NCBI RefSeq assembly: GCF_026965535.1
Contig: NZ_CP114039.1
Location: forward strand, 7,907,461-7,971,460
Reading direction: 5' to 3'
Source: Corallococcus sp. NCRR
Lineage (GTDB): Bacteria; Myxococcota; Myxococcia; Myxococcales; Myxococcaceae
Length of the DNA stretch: 64,000 nucleotides
The notes below the pieces were generated by a model. The model saw nothing but the letters and a program-made list of their open reading frames with translations, was not told the origin of the DNA and searched no databases. Numbering within the stretch: position 1 is the stretch's first letter; every line of letters begins with the position of its first letter. The translations under genes and the position numbers were made by a program. Shown piece by piece: positions 10,501 to 18,453 of this stretch.

Positions 10501-11920
10501 CGTCGGACAGCAGGGTCGCGGTATGCTCCCTGCGGGCATTCACCATGGCGCCCGTGGTGCTCCACGTCCCCGTGACCGGATTGAAGAGGTCGGTGACGCC
10601 GGTGGCGAGGTTCCCGCCAGCGAGCAGAACCTGCCCCGAAGGCAACAACGTCGCGGTGCCATACGTTCGGGCAACGGACATGGCGCCAGCGGGCGACCAG
10701 GCACCCGTCTCGGGATTGAAGACCTCGGCGGAGGCAAGCACCGTGGTCGTGTCACCGCGTCCTCCTGCCACCAGGACGCGGCCGTCGGACAGCAGCGTCG
10801 CGGTGTGGAAAAAACGGCCCGTGGTCAAGACATCCGCGGGACTCCACGTTTCGGATTCAGGGTCGAAGAGTTCCGTCGTGGCGACAGGGGCACTCGCGAA
10901 GGAGCCACCTGCGATGAGCACCCGACCCGACGCAAGCAGCGTCGCGGTGTGCCCGGCCCGGGCGCCCGCCAGACGCGTGACGCCCCTCCACGTCCCGGTC
11001 ATGGAGTCGAAGAGTTCCGCGCTCGGCGTCATGGCGGAGGCACTGGTATGCCCGCCGGCCACCAGGACCCTGCCGGACGGCAGTAGCGTCGCGGTGTGAT
11101 AGCGGCGGGCCGTGGACATGCTGCCCGTCGACGACCAGCCCGGATCCACGACCACGGGCCCCTGCATCCCGCGCAGGTCCACGGCCATCGCCACGTCCAG
11201 GTTGCGCCCTGACAGCGCGTAGCGCGCGGGCCCCGCGCCCGGCACCCGCACCGCGCCGAGCAACTGGACCGTGCCCTCGCGGCTCAGCCCCTCCGCGTCC
11301 CGCGCGACCAGCGTGTGCATGCGCAGTTGGGGCACGCCGTGCGCGTCCGCGAACTCCAGATAGTCCCCCAGGTCGCGCACCGTGACGATGCCCTCGGGCA
11401 CCTCCACCGTGTAGCGCACGCGGTGCTCGGCGGCGCCCTCCGGCGCGACGTCGTACTCCTCCACGCGGGACGTCACCCAGCGGCCCGCCGCGTCCGTCGA
11501 ACGCGCCCCCACCTGCGCCCAGAAGTGCGGCGCGGCGGCGCGGTCCTTCAACGGGGCGCCCAGCCCTTCCACGCCGTGCCGCCTCGCGCGGAAAGTGAGG
11601 CCCCGGGTCTCCACCTCCAGCGTCCCCGTGGCCGTCGGGGGCACCGTCACGCGCAGTGCCGACGGCGGCGCTTCGGCTGGAGCGTCACCACCGGGAGCCA
11701 ACTCCGGGAAGTACGCATGCGCCAACGCGCGGGCCCCGGCTTCGGACGGCGCCTCCCGCCACGCTCGCACCGCCGCGCTCCGGGCTTCAGCGGCCCCTGG
11801 GTTTGCTCCGAGCCGTGACTCCGAAGTGACTCCCACCTCTTCGCGCGGACGTGAGGCAATACCGTCACACGCCGTCACCCCCAAAAGGAGGCACAGCCAC
11901 ACGACCACCGGTCTTCTCAT
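7517..11920 (-). CDS. Cell-surface Kelch-repeat beta-propeller protein with three cadherin/Ig-like repeats, an FN3-like domain and a MYXO-CTERM sorting tail
   Basis: Lipoprotein signal MRRPVVVWLCLLLGVTAC; about 20 Kelch blades (HTATLLPSGRVLVAGG repeated); three ~95-aa Ig-like repeats (VSDGVADSNLGTVTLRV; VNDGTTDSWPVTVTL; AHDGTTASVPATITA); C-terminal GGFACSAGGASGW...LGWGLRRRRVR. Confidence 0.82.
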   Translation of the reverse strand: MRRPVVVWLCLLLGVTACDGIASRPREEVGVTSESRLGANPGAAEARSAAVRAWREAPSEAGARALAHAYFPELAPGGDAPAEAPPSALRVTVPPTATGTLEVETRGLTFRARRHGVEGLGAPLKDRAAAPHFWAQVGARSTDAAGRWVTSRVEEYDVAPEGAAEHRVRYTVEVPEGIVTVRDLGDYLEFADAHGVPQLRMHTLVARDAEGLSREGTVQLLGAVRVPGAGPARYALSGRNLDVAMAVDLRGMQGPVVVDPGWSSTGSMSTARRYHTATLLPSGRVLVAGGHTSASAMTPSAELFDSMTGTWRGVTRLAGARAGHTATLLASGRVLIAGGSFASAPVATTELFDPESETWSPADVLTTGRFFHTATLLSDGRVLVAGGRGDTTTVLASAEVFNPETGAWSPAGAMSVARTYGTATLLPSGQVLLAGGNLATGVTDLFNPVTGTWSTTGAMVNARREHTATLLSDGRVLVAGGTATDSYFQMIAACETYDPATGRWTATAAMPAAHKWHTATAMPDGRVLIVGGVDSQTAGWALGTNATELYNPVTGTWQRGGLLQTARGNHTATLLPSGRLLVAGGYFFTTNSNDTNYMNHPELLESSGRWVSEAPGVTPRVDHTVTPLPSGQLLITGGRDSTGALASSDLYDRDRKQWGGAAWMLSPRTQHTATLLPSGRVLVTGGSDGFAPVSEAELYDAASSQWLPAGRMSVERARHTATLLPSGKVLVTGGASYYGVHDTVELYDPRSGLWTAASRMASPRASHSATLLPNGKVLVAGGTNGTAPLNTAQVYDPATDTWSAVLTMNTAREDHTATVLLSGKVLLVGGLTTGGGATPEVEQYDPGLNTWTRLARLGVPRAGHTATLLPSGDVVITGGHSGAESYFNSVERFEASTAAWDYLTPMVVARAGHTATLLSSGEILVTGGRSSTVLASVESLDPVTAVASARPTLDAPRILSPGAPFIATGTRLRGVSEGGGGNTNASSSEAPLARLVNVESGAVSWMKGVTGWQDGKQFSARAPTVAAGQYLLLVTVQGVTGGRMVRVTDENAAPVALNASLSVSKNTPVAVTLSGADADSDSLTYAIVQAPQHGTLSGAGASHVYTPQPGYSGVDTFTFRVSDGVADSNLGTVTLRVSNSVPVALAFAVTTSKAKPVQLTLTGRDNDGDALTFRVLTQPTRGTLSGTAPDLTYTPNAGHTGTDSFTYRVNDGTTDSWPVTVTLGTVNLAPVARSASLTTVVGQGVPVTLEATDADGDTLTYSVLQLPAHGTLSGTAPHVIYTPQAGYEGPDTFTFQAHDGTTASVPATITATVVAQVPHAPAVPVLRAPSDTALVPSGDVTFTWDASLDPEGDAVSYRLELSRDGAVIASLNAAGTTLTLPGTLSPGTYTWRVEAQDSQGHRSGFSPPASFSVVSASSWRMSGGQGLEEAENAPGGFACSAGGASGWAPWLGTLVVLGWGLRRRRVR

Positions 11921-12106
11921 GTCGAGCACGCCTGTCAGCCCGGCACACACGGCGGCGCTCGTGCCGGACGGGATGGTGTTGAGCGCAATGGCCCGCGCTC
12001 AACGCAATCCCCAGGCCAGGACCCAACCCCCTGGATTCTCAGGCTCTCAATCCCAGACAAGACCAGTCACGTTGTACCCGGGTCCCCACGCCCGGAGACG
12101 CTGGCG

Positions 12107-13000
12107 TCAGGACGCGCGCGCCTGCTCCACCGCCGGCTTGAGCACGGTGCTCGCGAACTCCGCCAGCGTGGTGGGCGTGGTGGTCTCCTTCGAGCGCGGC
12201 TCGGCCGACGCCATGCGCCCGTCCTGGATGGCGCGGTACATCTCCACGAAGGTGTCCGCCGCGAAGGCGGGCATGCCCGCGCCCAGCATCCCGTTGCGCA
12301 GGTCCTCCAGCCCCACCCGCACGTACTTCACGGGCTGGCCCAGCACCTGGGTGAGGATGCTGGCGACCTCCGGATAGGTGAGGTCCTGGGGCCCGTGCAC
12401 GCCCACGTAGCGGTGGCCCGTCCATGACGGATCCAGCAGCACCTCGGCGGCCTTGGCCGCGATGTCCGCCGTGGCGACCATGGGGAACGCCTGCGTCTCC
12501 GGGTTCGCGCTGAAGAGCGCGCCCGTCTTCGCCAGCCCGTGCACGTCGCGCAGCAGGTTCTCCATGAAGAAGCCGGCGCGCAGGCTGACGACGTCGGGCG
12601 CCGCCGCCTGGAAGGCCTCTTCAATGGACTTCATCGCGGACACCGGCCCCGTGCCCGCACCGCTCTGCGCGCCGACGCTGGAGAGCATCACCACGCGCTT
12701 CACGCCGTGCGCCTTCACGCGCTCCGCGGCCCGCTGGCCGTTGGCCTTCGCCCAGTCGTGGAAGTCCGGGCGGATGGCGGGCGGAGACAGCCAGAACAGC
12801 GCCTCCGCGCCCGCGAGCGCCGCGTCCAGCGTGGCCTGCTCGTCGATGGAGCCCTGCACCAGCTTCGCCCCCAGCTTCACCAGGTCCGCCACCTTCTCCG
12901 GCGTGCGCGAGATGACGGTGACCTTTCGGCCCGCCTTCAGCAGCTTCTCCACGAGGGGACGACCGATGTTGCCGTTCGGGGTGTTGATGACGATGGACAT
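12107..13000 (-). CDS. NmrA-like NAD(P)H-binding oxidoreductase
   Basis: MSIVINTPNGNIGRPLVEKLLKAG Rossmann motif; ATG at 13000; divergent from the LysR gene. Confidence 0.8.
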   Translation of the reverse strand: MSIVINTPNGNIGRPLVEKLLKAGRKVTVISRTPEKVADLVKLGAKLVQGSIDEQATLDAALAGAEALFWLSPPAIRPDFHDWAKANGQRAAERVKAHGVKRVVMLSSVGAQSGAGTGPVSAMKSIEEAFQAAAPDVVSLRAGFFMENLLRDVHGLAKTGALFSANPETQAFPMVATADIAAKAAEVLLDPSWTGHRYVGVHGPQDLTYPEVASILTQVLGQPVKYVRVGLEDLRNGMLGAGMPAFAADTFVEMYRAIQDGRMASAEPRSKETTTPTTLAEFASTVLKPAVEQARAS

Positions 13001-13082
13001 GGGGTGCCTCCAGCGACAGCGAGATGGACTGAACAGTGCCCCCGCGCGCCCCATGAGGCCACTGCATGCTATGCATGCACCC

Positions 13083-14084
13083 ATGCGCCGCGTTCATGAA
13101 ACCCCAGCGCCCTCCTTGAAGGAGGTGGACCTCTCCGGCATCAACCTCAACCTGATGGTGGCGCTGGACGCGCTGCTGCACGAGGTGCACGTCACCCGCG
13201 CCGCCGCGCGCGTGGGCCTCACCCAGTCCGCGATGAGCCACGCGCTCGCGCAGCTGCGGGAGCTGCTGGGCGACGCGCTCCTCATCCGCGGCCGGGGCGG
13301 CATGGTGCTGACGCCGCGCGCGCAAGCACTCGCCGCGCCGCTCAAGCGGGGACTGGCGGAGCTGCGGCGGGCCCTGCGCGACGAGCCCGCGTTCGCGCCC
13401 GCCACCGCGAAGCGCCGCTTCACCCTGGCCACGCGCGACTTCTTCGGGTCGGTGCTGCTGCCGGGCGCGCTGGAGCTGTTGGGCCGCGAGGCCCCCGGCG
13501 TGGACCTGACCGTGCTGCACGTGGACAGCAACACCTTCGCCAGCCACCTGGAGACGGGCGAGGTGGACCTGGCCATCATCGTCGCGCCCGTGCCGTCCGC
13601 GCCGGGCCTGCGCCAGCAGAAGCTGCTCACCGAGGACTTCGTCTGCGTGGTGCGCAAGGACCACCCCACCGTGCGCCGCACGCTGGACGTGGACACCTAC
13701 CTGAAGCTGTCCCACATCCTCATCAGCCCCAAGGGCGACGGCGTGGGCGCGGTGGACCTGGCCCTGGCCCAGCGCGGCCTGCCCCCGCGCCGCATCGCCG
13801 TGCGCGTGCCCTACTTCCTCATCGCGCCGCTCGCGGTGTCGCGCTCGGACCACGTCCTCACCGCGCCCCGCCGCCTCATCGCCGCGTTCAAGGACGCGTA
13901 TGAGCTCCAGGTGTTCCCCCCGCCCCTCCCCCTGCGCGCCTTCGACATCCTGCAGGTCTGGCACGAGCGCTTCGACGGAGACCCCGCGCACCAGTGGCTG
14001 CGCGGACTGGTGGCGCGGTCCGTCAACACAGGGTCTGAAAACACCCGGAGTTCACGAAGGGTGCGGCGCGCGCCAGCTTCCTGA
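13083..14084 (+). CDS. LysR family transcriptional regulator
   Basis: N-terminal HTH LNLMVALDALLHEVHVTRAAARVGLTQSAMSHAL plus LysR substrate-binding domain; ATG at 13083 (alternative 13071); the upstream part of the track ORF is antisense to the NmrA gene. Confidence 0.85.
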   Translation: MRRVHETPAPSLKEVDLSGINLNLMVALDALLHEVHVTRAAARVGLTQSAMSHALAQLRELLGDALLIRGRGGMVLTPRAQALAAPLKRGLAELRRALRDEPAFAPATAKRRFTLATRDFFGSVLLPGALELLGREAPGVDLTVLHVDSNTFASHLETGEVDLAIIVAPVPSAPGLRQQKLLTEDFVCVVRKDHPTVRRTLDVDTYLKLSHILISPKGDGVGAVDLALAQRGLPPRRIAVRVPYFLIAPLAVSRSDHVLTAPRRLIAAFKDAYELQVFPPPLPLRAFDILQVWHERFDGDPAHQWLRGLVARSVNTGSENTRSSRRVRRAPAS

Positions 14085-14163
14085 CACTCGGGGGGCGCGA
14101 CACTGAACGTCAGTACACAGGTGGGGGAGCATCGCATGGGGGGCTTCGTGTAGGGTGCTCCCC

Positions 14164-14781
14164 ATGAATCCTGAGAAGCTTGTCTTCGCCCAGACCGTCG
14201 AGGCGCTCTTCGTCCGCGCGTTGGAGAATCGCCTGACGCCCGCGTGCCGAGAGCACCTCAAGCGGGCTGGGCTGGACCTCGACAAGAAGCTGGAGCGCAC
14301 CTACTCGCTGGAGCAGTGGCGGGAGTTCCTGCGCATCGCGGCCGGGCACGTCTACGGCGGCGTGCCGGCGGAGGCCGCGTACTACTCCCTGGGCGAGCGC
14401 TTCATGGACGCCTACTTCGGGACGTTCTTTGGCCGTGCGCTGCTGGGCGTGGGCCGCCTGGCCGGTCCCCGGCGGATGCTGCTGCGGGCGGACCTGGGCT
14501 TTCGCGCCGGCAACAACTTCAGTGAAGTCAAAATCGTGGAGCGCGGCGCGACGTCGCTGGAGCTCTGGATGAACGACGTGCTGGCGGACCAGCCGACGTT
14601 CGCTGCGGGGCTCCTGGCGCGCGCGGTGGCGCTGTGCGGGGGCTGGCGGGTGGTGGCGCTGCCGGAGGAGTTCGACGGCACGGCGGCCACGTTCCACCTG
14701 CGCTGGAGCGAGGCCCCCTCGGAAGGGGCGCTCAGCGCCACTGGGGATGGGTCCGGAGGCGACGCTCGACCTCAGGCGTGA
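14164..14781 (+). CDS. DUF2378/TIGR02265-like protein (myxobacterial paralogous family)
   Basis: About 205 aa (MNPEKLVFAQTVEALFVRALENRL...); size and sequence style match the Myxococcus TIGR02265 family; family assignment from memory. Confidence 0.5.
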   Translation: MNPEKLVFAQTVEALFVRALENRLTPACREHLKRAGLDLDKKLERTYSLEQWREFLRIAAGHVYGGVPAEAAYYSLGERFMDAYFGTFFGRALLGVGRLAGPRRMLLRADLGFRAGNNFSEVKIVERGATSLELWMNDVLADQPTFAAGLLARAVALCGGWRVVALPEEFDGTAATFHLRWSEAPSEGALSATGDGSGGDARPQA

Positions 14782-15577
14782 GGCTGCCTCCGTGCGGGGC
14801 CCGGGAGGACGAGCGCTCCCAGCGCGCGAGCCACCGGGGCCCCAGCGGGGCGGTCAGGGATTCGTAGCGGGTCGAGGCCACGGTGGTCTCCCCCTTGGTG
14901 CCGGTGGAAGCGCCGGCGCCCACGTAGAACCCCGCGAGCAGCAGCGTGACGCGGGTGGGCGTGGCCGCGCTGTAGGTCATCAGCAGGGCGCCCTCTCCGT
15001 CTTCCCGGCAGTGCCGGCGCACCCGGGCGAGGACGGCTTCGGTCCACATGTCCGGGTTGGACGCGGGTGAGAACGGGTCGAAGAAGACGAGGTCCGCCGG
15101 GGGCAGCTCCGCGTCCAGGAAGGGCACCGCGTCCCCCAGCTTGAGGGTCCACTGGATGCCGGGCTCGCTCCACGCGCCGTGCTTCATGAGGCTCTCACAG
15201 GCTTCGCGGAACGGCTGGAGGAAGGGGAAGCCCTCCGCGTCCGCGAGCGCGAGCCTCAAGGGGGCCAGGTCCACCTCGAAGCTGACGATGTGCAGGTCGC
15301 GGGCGCGGTCCGGGCCCAGCTCGCGGGCGCGGGTGAGCGCGGCGACGGCGTTGGTGGCGGCGCCCAGGCCCACGTCGTGGATGACGAGCGGCGGGCCGGG
15401 CATTCGCAGGCGGTCCGCGAGGCCGGGCTGGTCGACGTAGAGGCGCAGGGCCTCCTGCCACGGGCCTACCGCGGGGTGCATGACCTCGCCATGGCCCAGG
15501 TGGCGCACGGCGCGGTGGCCGTTGCGCAGGGTGACGAGCTCGAAGTCGCCGTCGCGCGGATGGGAGGGCTCGGACAT
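14732..15577 (-). CDS. MnmC/MnmD-like SAM-dependent methyltransferase (DUF752)
   Basis: ATG at 15577 (MSEPSHP); motifs LVIHDVGLGAATN and DLVFFDPFSPASNPDMWT match DUF752; the long Arg-rich upstream extension in the track is rejected. Confidence 0.6.
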   Translation of the reverse strand: MSEPSHPRDGDFELVTLRNGHRAVRHLGHGEVMHPAVGPWQEALRLYVDQPGLADRLRMPGPPLVIHDVGLGAATNAVAALTRARELGPDRARDLHIVSFEVDLAPLRLALADAEGFPFLQPFREACESLMKHGAWSEPGIQWTLKLGDAVPFLDAELPPADLVFFDPFSPASNPDMWTEAVLARVRRHCREDGEGALLMTYSAATPTRVTLLLAGFYVGAGASTGTKGETTVASTRYESLTAPLGPRWLARWERSSSRAPHGGSLTPEVERRLRTHPQWR

Positions 15578-15625
15578 GGGGCTCCTGGCCTGGAGGGGAC
15601 GTGTGGGAAAGGATGGGTGCCTAGC

Positions 15626-16609
15626 ATGACGACTCCAGGGCAGGAACATCGGGGAGTGCTTCACGGGGAGGACGTCCGGCACGGGGAGGCTCCATTCGAG
15701 GGCGGCCGGGCGCGGCTGTCGCTGCGGGTGGAGGCGAAGACGCGCACGGTGCTGGCGGCGGCGTGGGAAGCCCCCGTGAAAGCGGGGCATCCGCTGGCGG
15801 TGTGCCTGGAGTCGCTGTGTCAGAACGCGGTGGGCATGGGGGTGGACGTGTTCCTGCGCTTCGACGACTTCCACCTGCGCTCGGGGTGTCCGGAGGGGAT
15901 GGAGGCGACGGAGGAGGCGGGGCTGGCGGTGCGGGTGTTCCGGCTGGCGTTCAGCCAGTTCCATCCCCGGGCCACGGGGCCCGCGTACCTGTCGAGCGGG
16001 CTGGTGCTGGCGAAGCTGCCCCGGGGCGTGCGTCCGGAGTGGGACGAGCCGGGGTTCTACTTCGCGCACTACTACCGCGAGGAGCTGTGGCCCGCGGCGG
16101 TGGAGGAGGCGCGCCGGGGCGGCGTGCTGGGGCCTCGGGCGGCGTGTGCGTACATCGATGCGCTGCTGGCGAAGGCGGATGACACGGTGGAGCTGGACTG
16201 GCCCGTGGAGCAGGGCGCGGCGACCTGGGACTGGCTGACGCGCGTGTGCCTGCCGGCGGTGACGGGGGGCGAGGCGCGGACGCGGCAACTGCTGGAGGGC
16301 GGGTACGGGGGCGCGAGCGGCACGGGGAGTTTCCCCTTCGGGCACCTGGACGGTGGCGCATGGCATCCCCCGGAGGGGCTGCCGGAGCCGGAGGACGTGG
16401 GGCACGCGGAGTTCATCCTCGGGGATCTGGAGCACCTGTTGCCGGAGCTGCCGAGGGGCGGCGTGCTGCTGGCCGCGCCCCGGTGGATGGCGGTGGGACA
16501 GACCCAGGACTCCCCTGCCCTGCGCCGCGCGGACATCTCCAGTGAGGAGGCCGGAGGCTTCGGCCTGTTCAACGCGGCGGCGCACGACGCGGGTGAAGAC
16601 GATGATTGA
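15626..16609 (+). CDS. Hypothetical protein
   Basis: ATG at 15626 (MTTPGQEH); high GC3; divergent from the mnmD-like gene; its stop overlaps the start of the next gene (ATGATTGA). Confidence 0.45.
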   Translation: MTTPGQEHRGVLHGEDVRHGEAPFEGGRARLSLRVEAKTRTVLAAAWEAPVKAGHPLAVCLESLCQNAVGMGVDVFLRFDDFHLRSGCPEGMEATEEAGLAVRVFRLAFSQFHPRATGPAYLSSGLVLAKLPRGVRPEWDEPGFYFAHYYREELWPAAVEEARRGGVLGPRAACAYIDALLAKADDTVELDWPVEQGAATWDWLTRVCLPAVTGGEARTRQLLEGGYGGASGTGSFPFGHLDGGAWHPPEGLPEPEDVGHAEFILGDLEHLLPELPRGGVLLAAPRWMAVGQTQDSPALRRADISSEEAGGFGLFNAAAHDAGEDDD

Positions 16610-17327
16610 GCGGCGCCTGCTGGGGGTGCTGGTGGCACTGCTCAGTGTGTCGTGCGCTTCGGGGCCGGCGCGGTACGCGCAGACGACCGACTCCGCGACC
16701 AGCGGCTGTCTGCGCAATCCCACCTGCTACACGCAGCCGGGGGACGAAGCGTTGCTCCCGTGGGTGGACAAGGCCGTCAGGGCCGCGGCCGGCGCGGGCG
16801 CGACGCTGAAGCTCCTGGAGGCGGCGGACGTGGCCCGCATCGAGCACCTGTTGGTGGAGTGCGCGAAGGAAGCGAACTTCATCGTCAATGAACGTGAGTA
16901 CGGCGAGGGGAAATACCCGGACGACAAGGAGTGCTTGCGTGTGGTGGGCTACGACAAGCACGGCGATCCCATACGACGACAGGCCGAGCTTGGGACAATG
17001 AAGCACGACGTTGCCTTCGCATGCGTGCGGCGCGAAATCCTCCGGCTCTTCCCCAACAACGTATCGATCGAGCCAAGCTACGTGGTCCGTGCCAGCAAGG
17101 CAGGACAACCCTCTGACCTCATGAAGCCTGACATCGTCCTTCATGCCTCGGGTCGGCCGGATCAGGTCCAATGCGTCTTCGACTTCAAGTTCCCATGCCT
17201 CAAGGACCGAAAGAGCGACCCACTTTCGGTTCCAAATACAAGGGTTCAGATGAATCGGTATGTAAACCTTGATGGACAATGCAATCCCGCCATCATCACA
17301 CCTCAGTTCGGGATCATTCGTGAGTAG
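16602..17327 (+). CDS. Secreted/lipoprotein with a lower-GC C-terminal half carrying a PD-(D/E)xK-like motif (candidate polymorphic toxin)
   Basis: Signal MIERRLLGVLVALLSVSC; N-terminal 90 aa is high GC, C-terminal about 150 aa drops to about 45-55% GC; KPDIVLH ... VFDFKF resembles a PD-(D/E)xK nuclease core. Confidence 0.5.
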   Translation: MIERRLLGVLVALLSVSCASGPARYAQTTDSATSGCLRNPTCYTQPGDEALLPWVDKAVRAAAGAGATLKLLEAADVARIEHLLVECAKEANFIVNEREYGEGKYPDDKECLRVVGYDKHGDPIRRQAELGTMKHDVAFACVRREILRLFPNNVSIEPSYVVRASKAGQPSDLMKPDIVLHASGRPDQVQCVFDFKFPCLKDRKSDPLSVPNTRVQMNRYVNLDGQCNPAIITPQFGIIRE

Positions 17328-18324
17328 CTACACGCTCTCTGAACACTTCGCCACGACACTCCCCAGGGTCCAGCTCGTCCTGCGCGTCGTGTTCTACCTC
17401 CCGCATGACCACGGCCCACTTGCTCCATACGCGAGACAGTCTCTGGACCTGTTTCTCAACGCCATTGGGCATGCGCCTGAGAAGCTGACCACGGGCTATG
17501 ACCCGGACATCAGTGAGGCGGCCTTCCCACTCACATCTGAGTTCTGGGAGGAGGCGCGGCGCCATGTCGAGAGGTCTCGCTTTGAGCCCTTGGATGACAT
17601 GGAGCAAGACTCCATCTGGTTCCGCACGCTGACCAAGCGGGGCTTCGACACGTGGATCCATCTCATCGGTGGAGAGTCGGACCCCAGTGGTTATGAATTC
17701 AGCTTCCGCTCCCGGCTTCCCTGGCGAAAACCTTCGTCCGAATACAGCGTTCTGAGCGTGAAGGTCCCCATGCAGTATCTGGAGGAGCAAGGGCCGGAGA
17801 AGGCACGTGAGCTGGCGCTGTCGCTGGCGAGGCTTCTTCCCTTCAGCACGGGCCATGCGGGACTGTCGCTCTCGTTCACCCGTGGCAGGTCGAAACTCCT
17901 TCCCCTCCTGAAGGAGCAACTGGTCCAGCATCCCGGCTGGGATGTCCCACGGGAGAGCACGTGGGGCATGGGAGAAGGAGTGGACGGCATCCACTGGCTG
18001 AACTTCCTGGGCCCGCCCCTCCTCGAAACCGTCGGCGGCATCCAGGCGCTCCGCTCGCACCTGAGCCACCCGGAGACTTCCGTCCAGGAGCTCACCGGAG
18101 GCCGTGCCGTGATTGGCCTGGGCCCCGCGCCGCTCGCGGGGAACACGAAGTGGGGTGAGACGCTGCCGGCGTATCGGGAGCTGGCCCGGTTCCTGGAGCC
18201 GTGGCTCCTGCCCTCCACTCCCTTCAACAATTTCGAGGGCTACACCCAGGAGGAGGCCCGTCTGTGGTGGCGCCGCTTCCTGGAGGCCCCTCCCGAGAAG
18301 CGCTACGACCCACGGGACGGGTAA
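17269..18324 (+). CDS. Hypothetical protein, candidate cognate immunity protein (alternative GTG start at 17320)
   Basis: 351-aa ORF overlapping the upstream gene end in another frame; intermediate GC; no signal peptide; position typical of immunity genes. Confidence 0.5.
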   Translation: MMDNAIPPSSHLSSGSFVSSYTLSEHFATTLPRVQLVLRVVFYLPHDHGPLAPYARQSLDLFLNAIGHAPEKLTTGYDPDISEAAFPLTSEFWEEARRHVERSRFEPLDDMEQDSIWFRTLTKRGFDTWIHLIGGESDPSGYEFSFRSRLPWRKPSSEYSVLSVKVPMQYLEEQGPEKARELALSLARLLPFSTGHAGLSLSFTRGRSKLLPLLKEQLVQHPGWDVPRESTWGMGEGVDGIHWLNFLGPPLLETVGGIQALRSHLSHPETSVQELTGGRAVIGLGPAPLAGNTKWGETLPAYRELARFLEPWLLPSTPFNNFEGYTQEEARLWWRRFLEAPPEKRYDPRDG

Positions 18325-18453
18325 CCGCGCCGGATTTTTTCACGCATTGCCCCAGCACCCGGCGCACTGATAATCCGCAACCCGGAGTGTTTACGTCGAG
18401 CGGCGGGCCGACGGTCGTGTTCGCGCCAGCCCTCGCGGATCGGGGTTTCATCG

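Noticed and set aside
7517-11920. Periodic nucleotide repeats that could be mistaken for tandem DNA repeats or a CRISPR-like array
   Set aside because: The periodicity is coding: about 47-50-aa Kelch blades and about 95-aa Ig-like repeats. There are no short identical direct repeats with unique spacers; no CRISPR array is present anywhere in the window.
15578-16723. Long N-terminal extensions of track ORFs (for example 14732..16723, 51991..54888, 43030..45057, 12453..13082, 49591..50355)
   Set aside because: The extensions are Arg/Pro-rich, antisense to well-supported genes on the other strand, and precede internal starts where homology to the known family begins.
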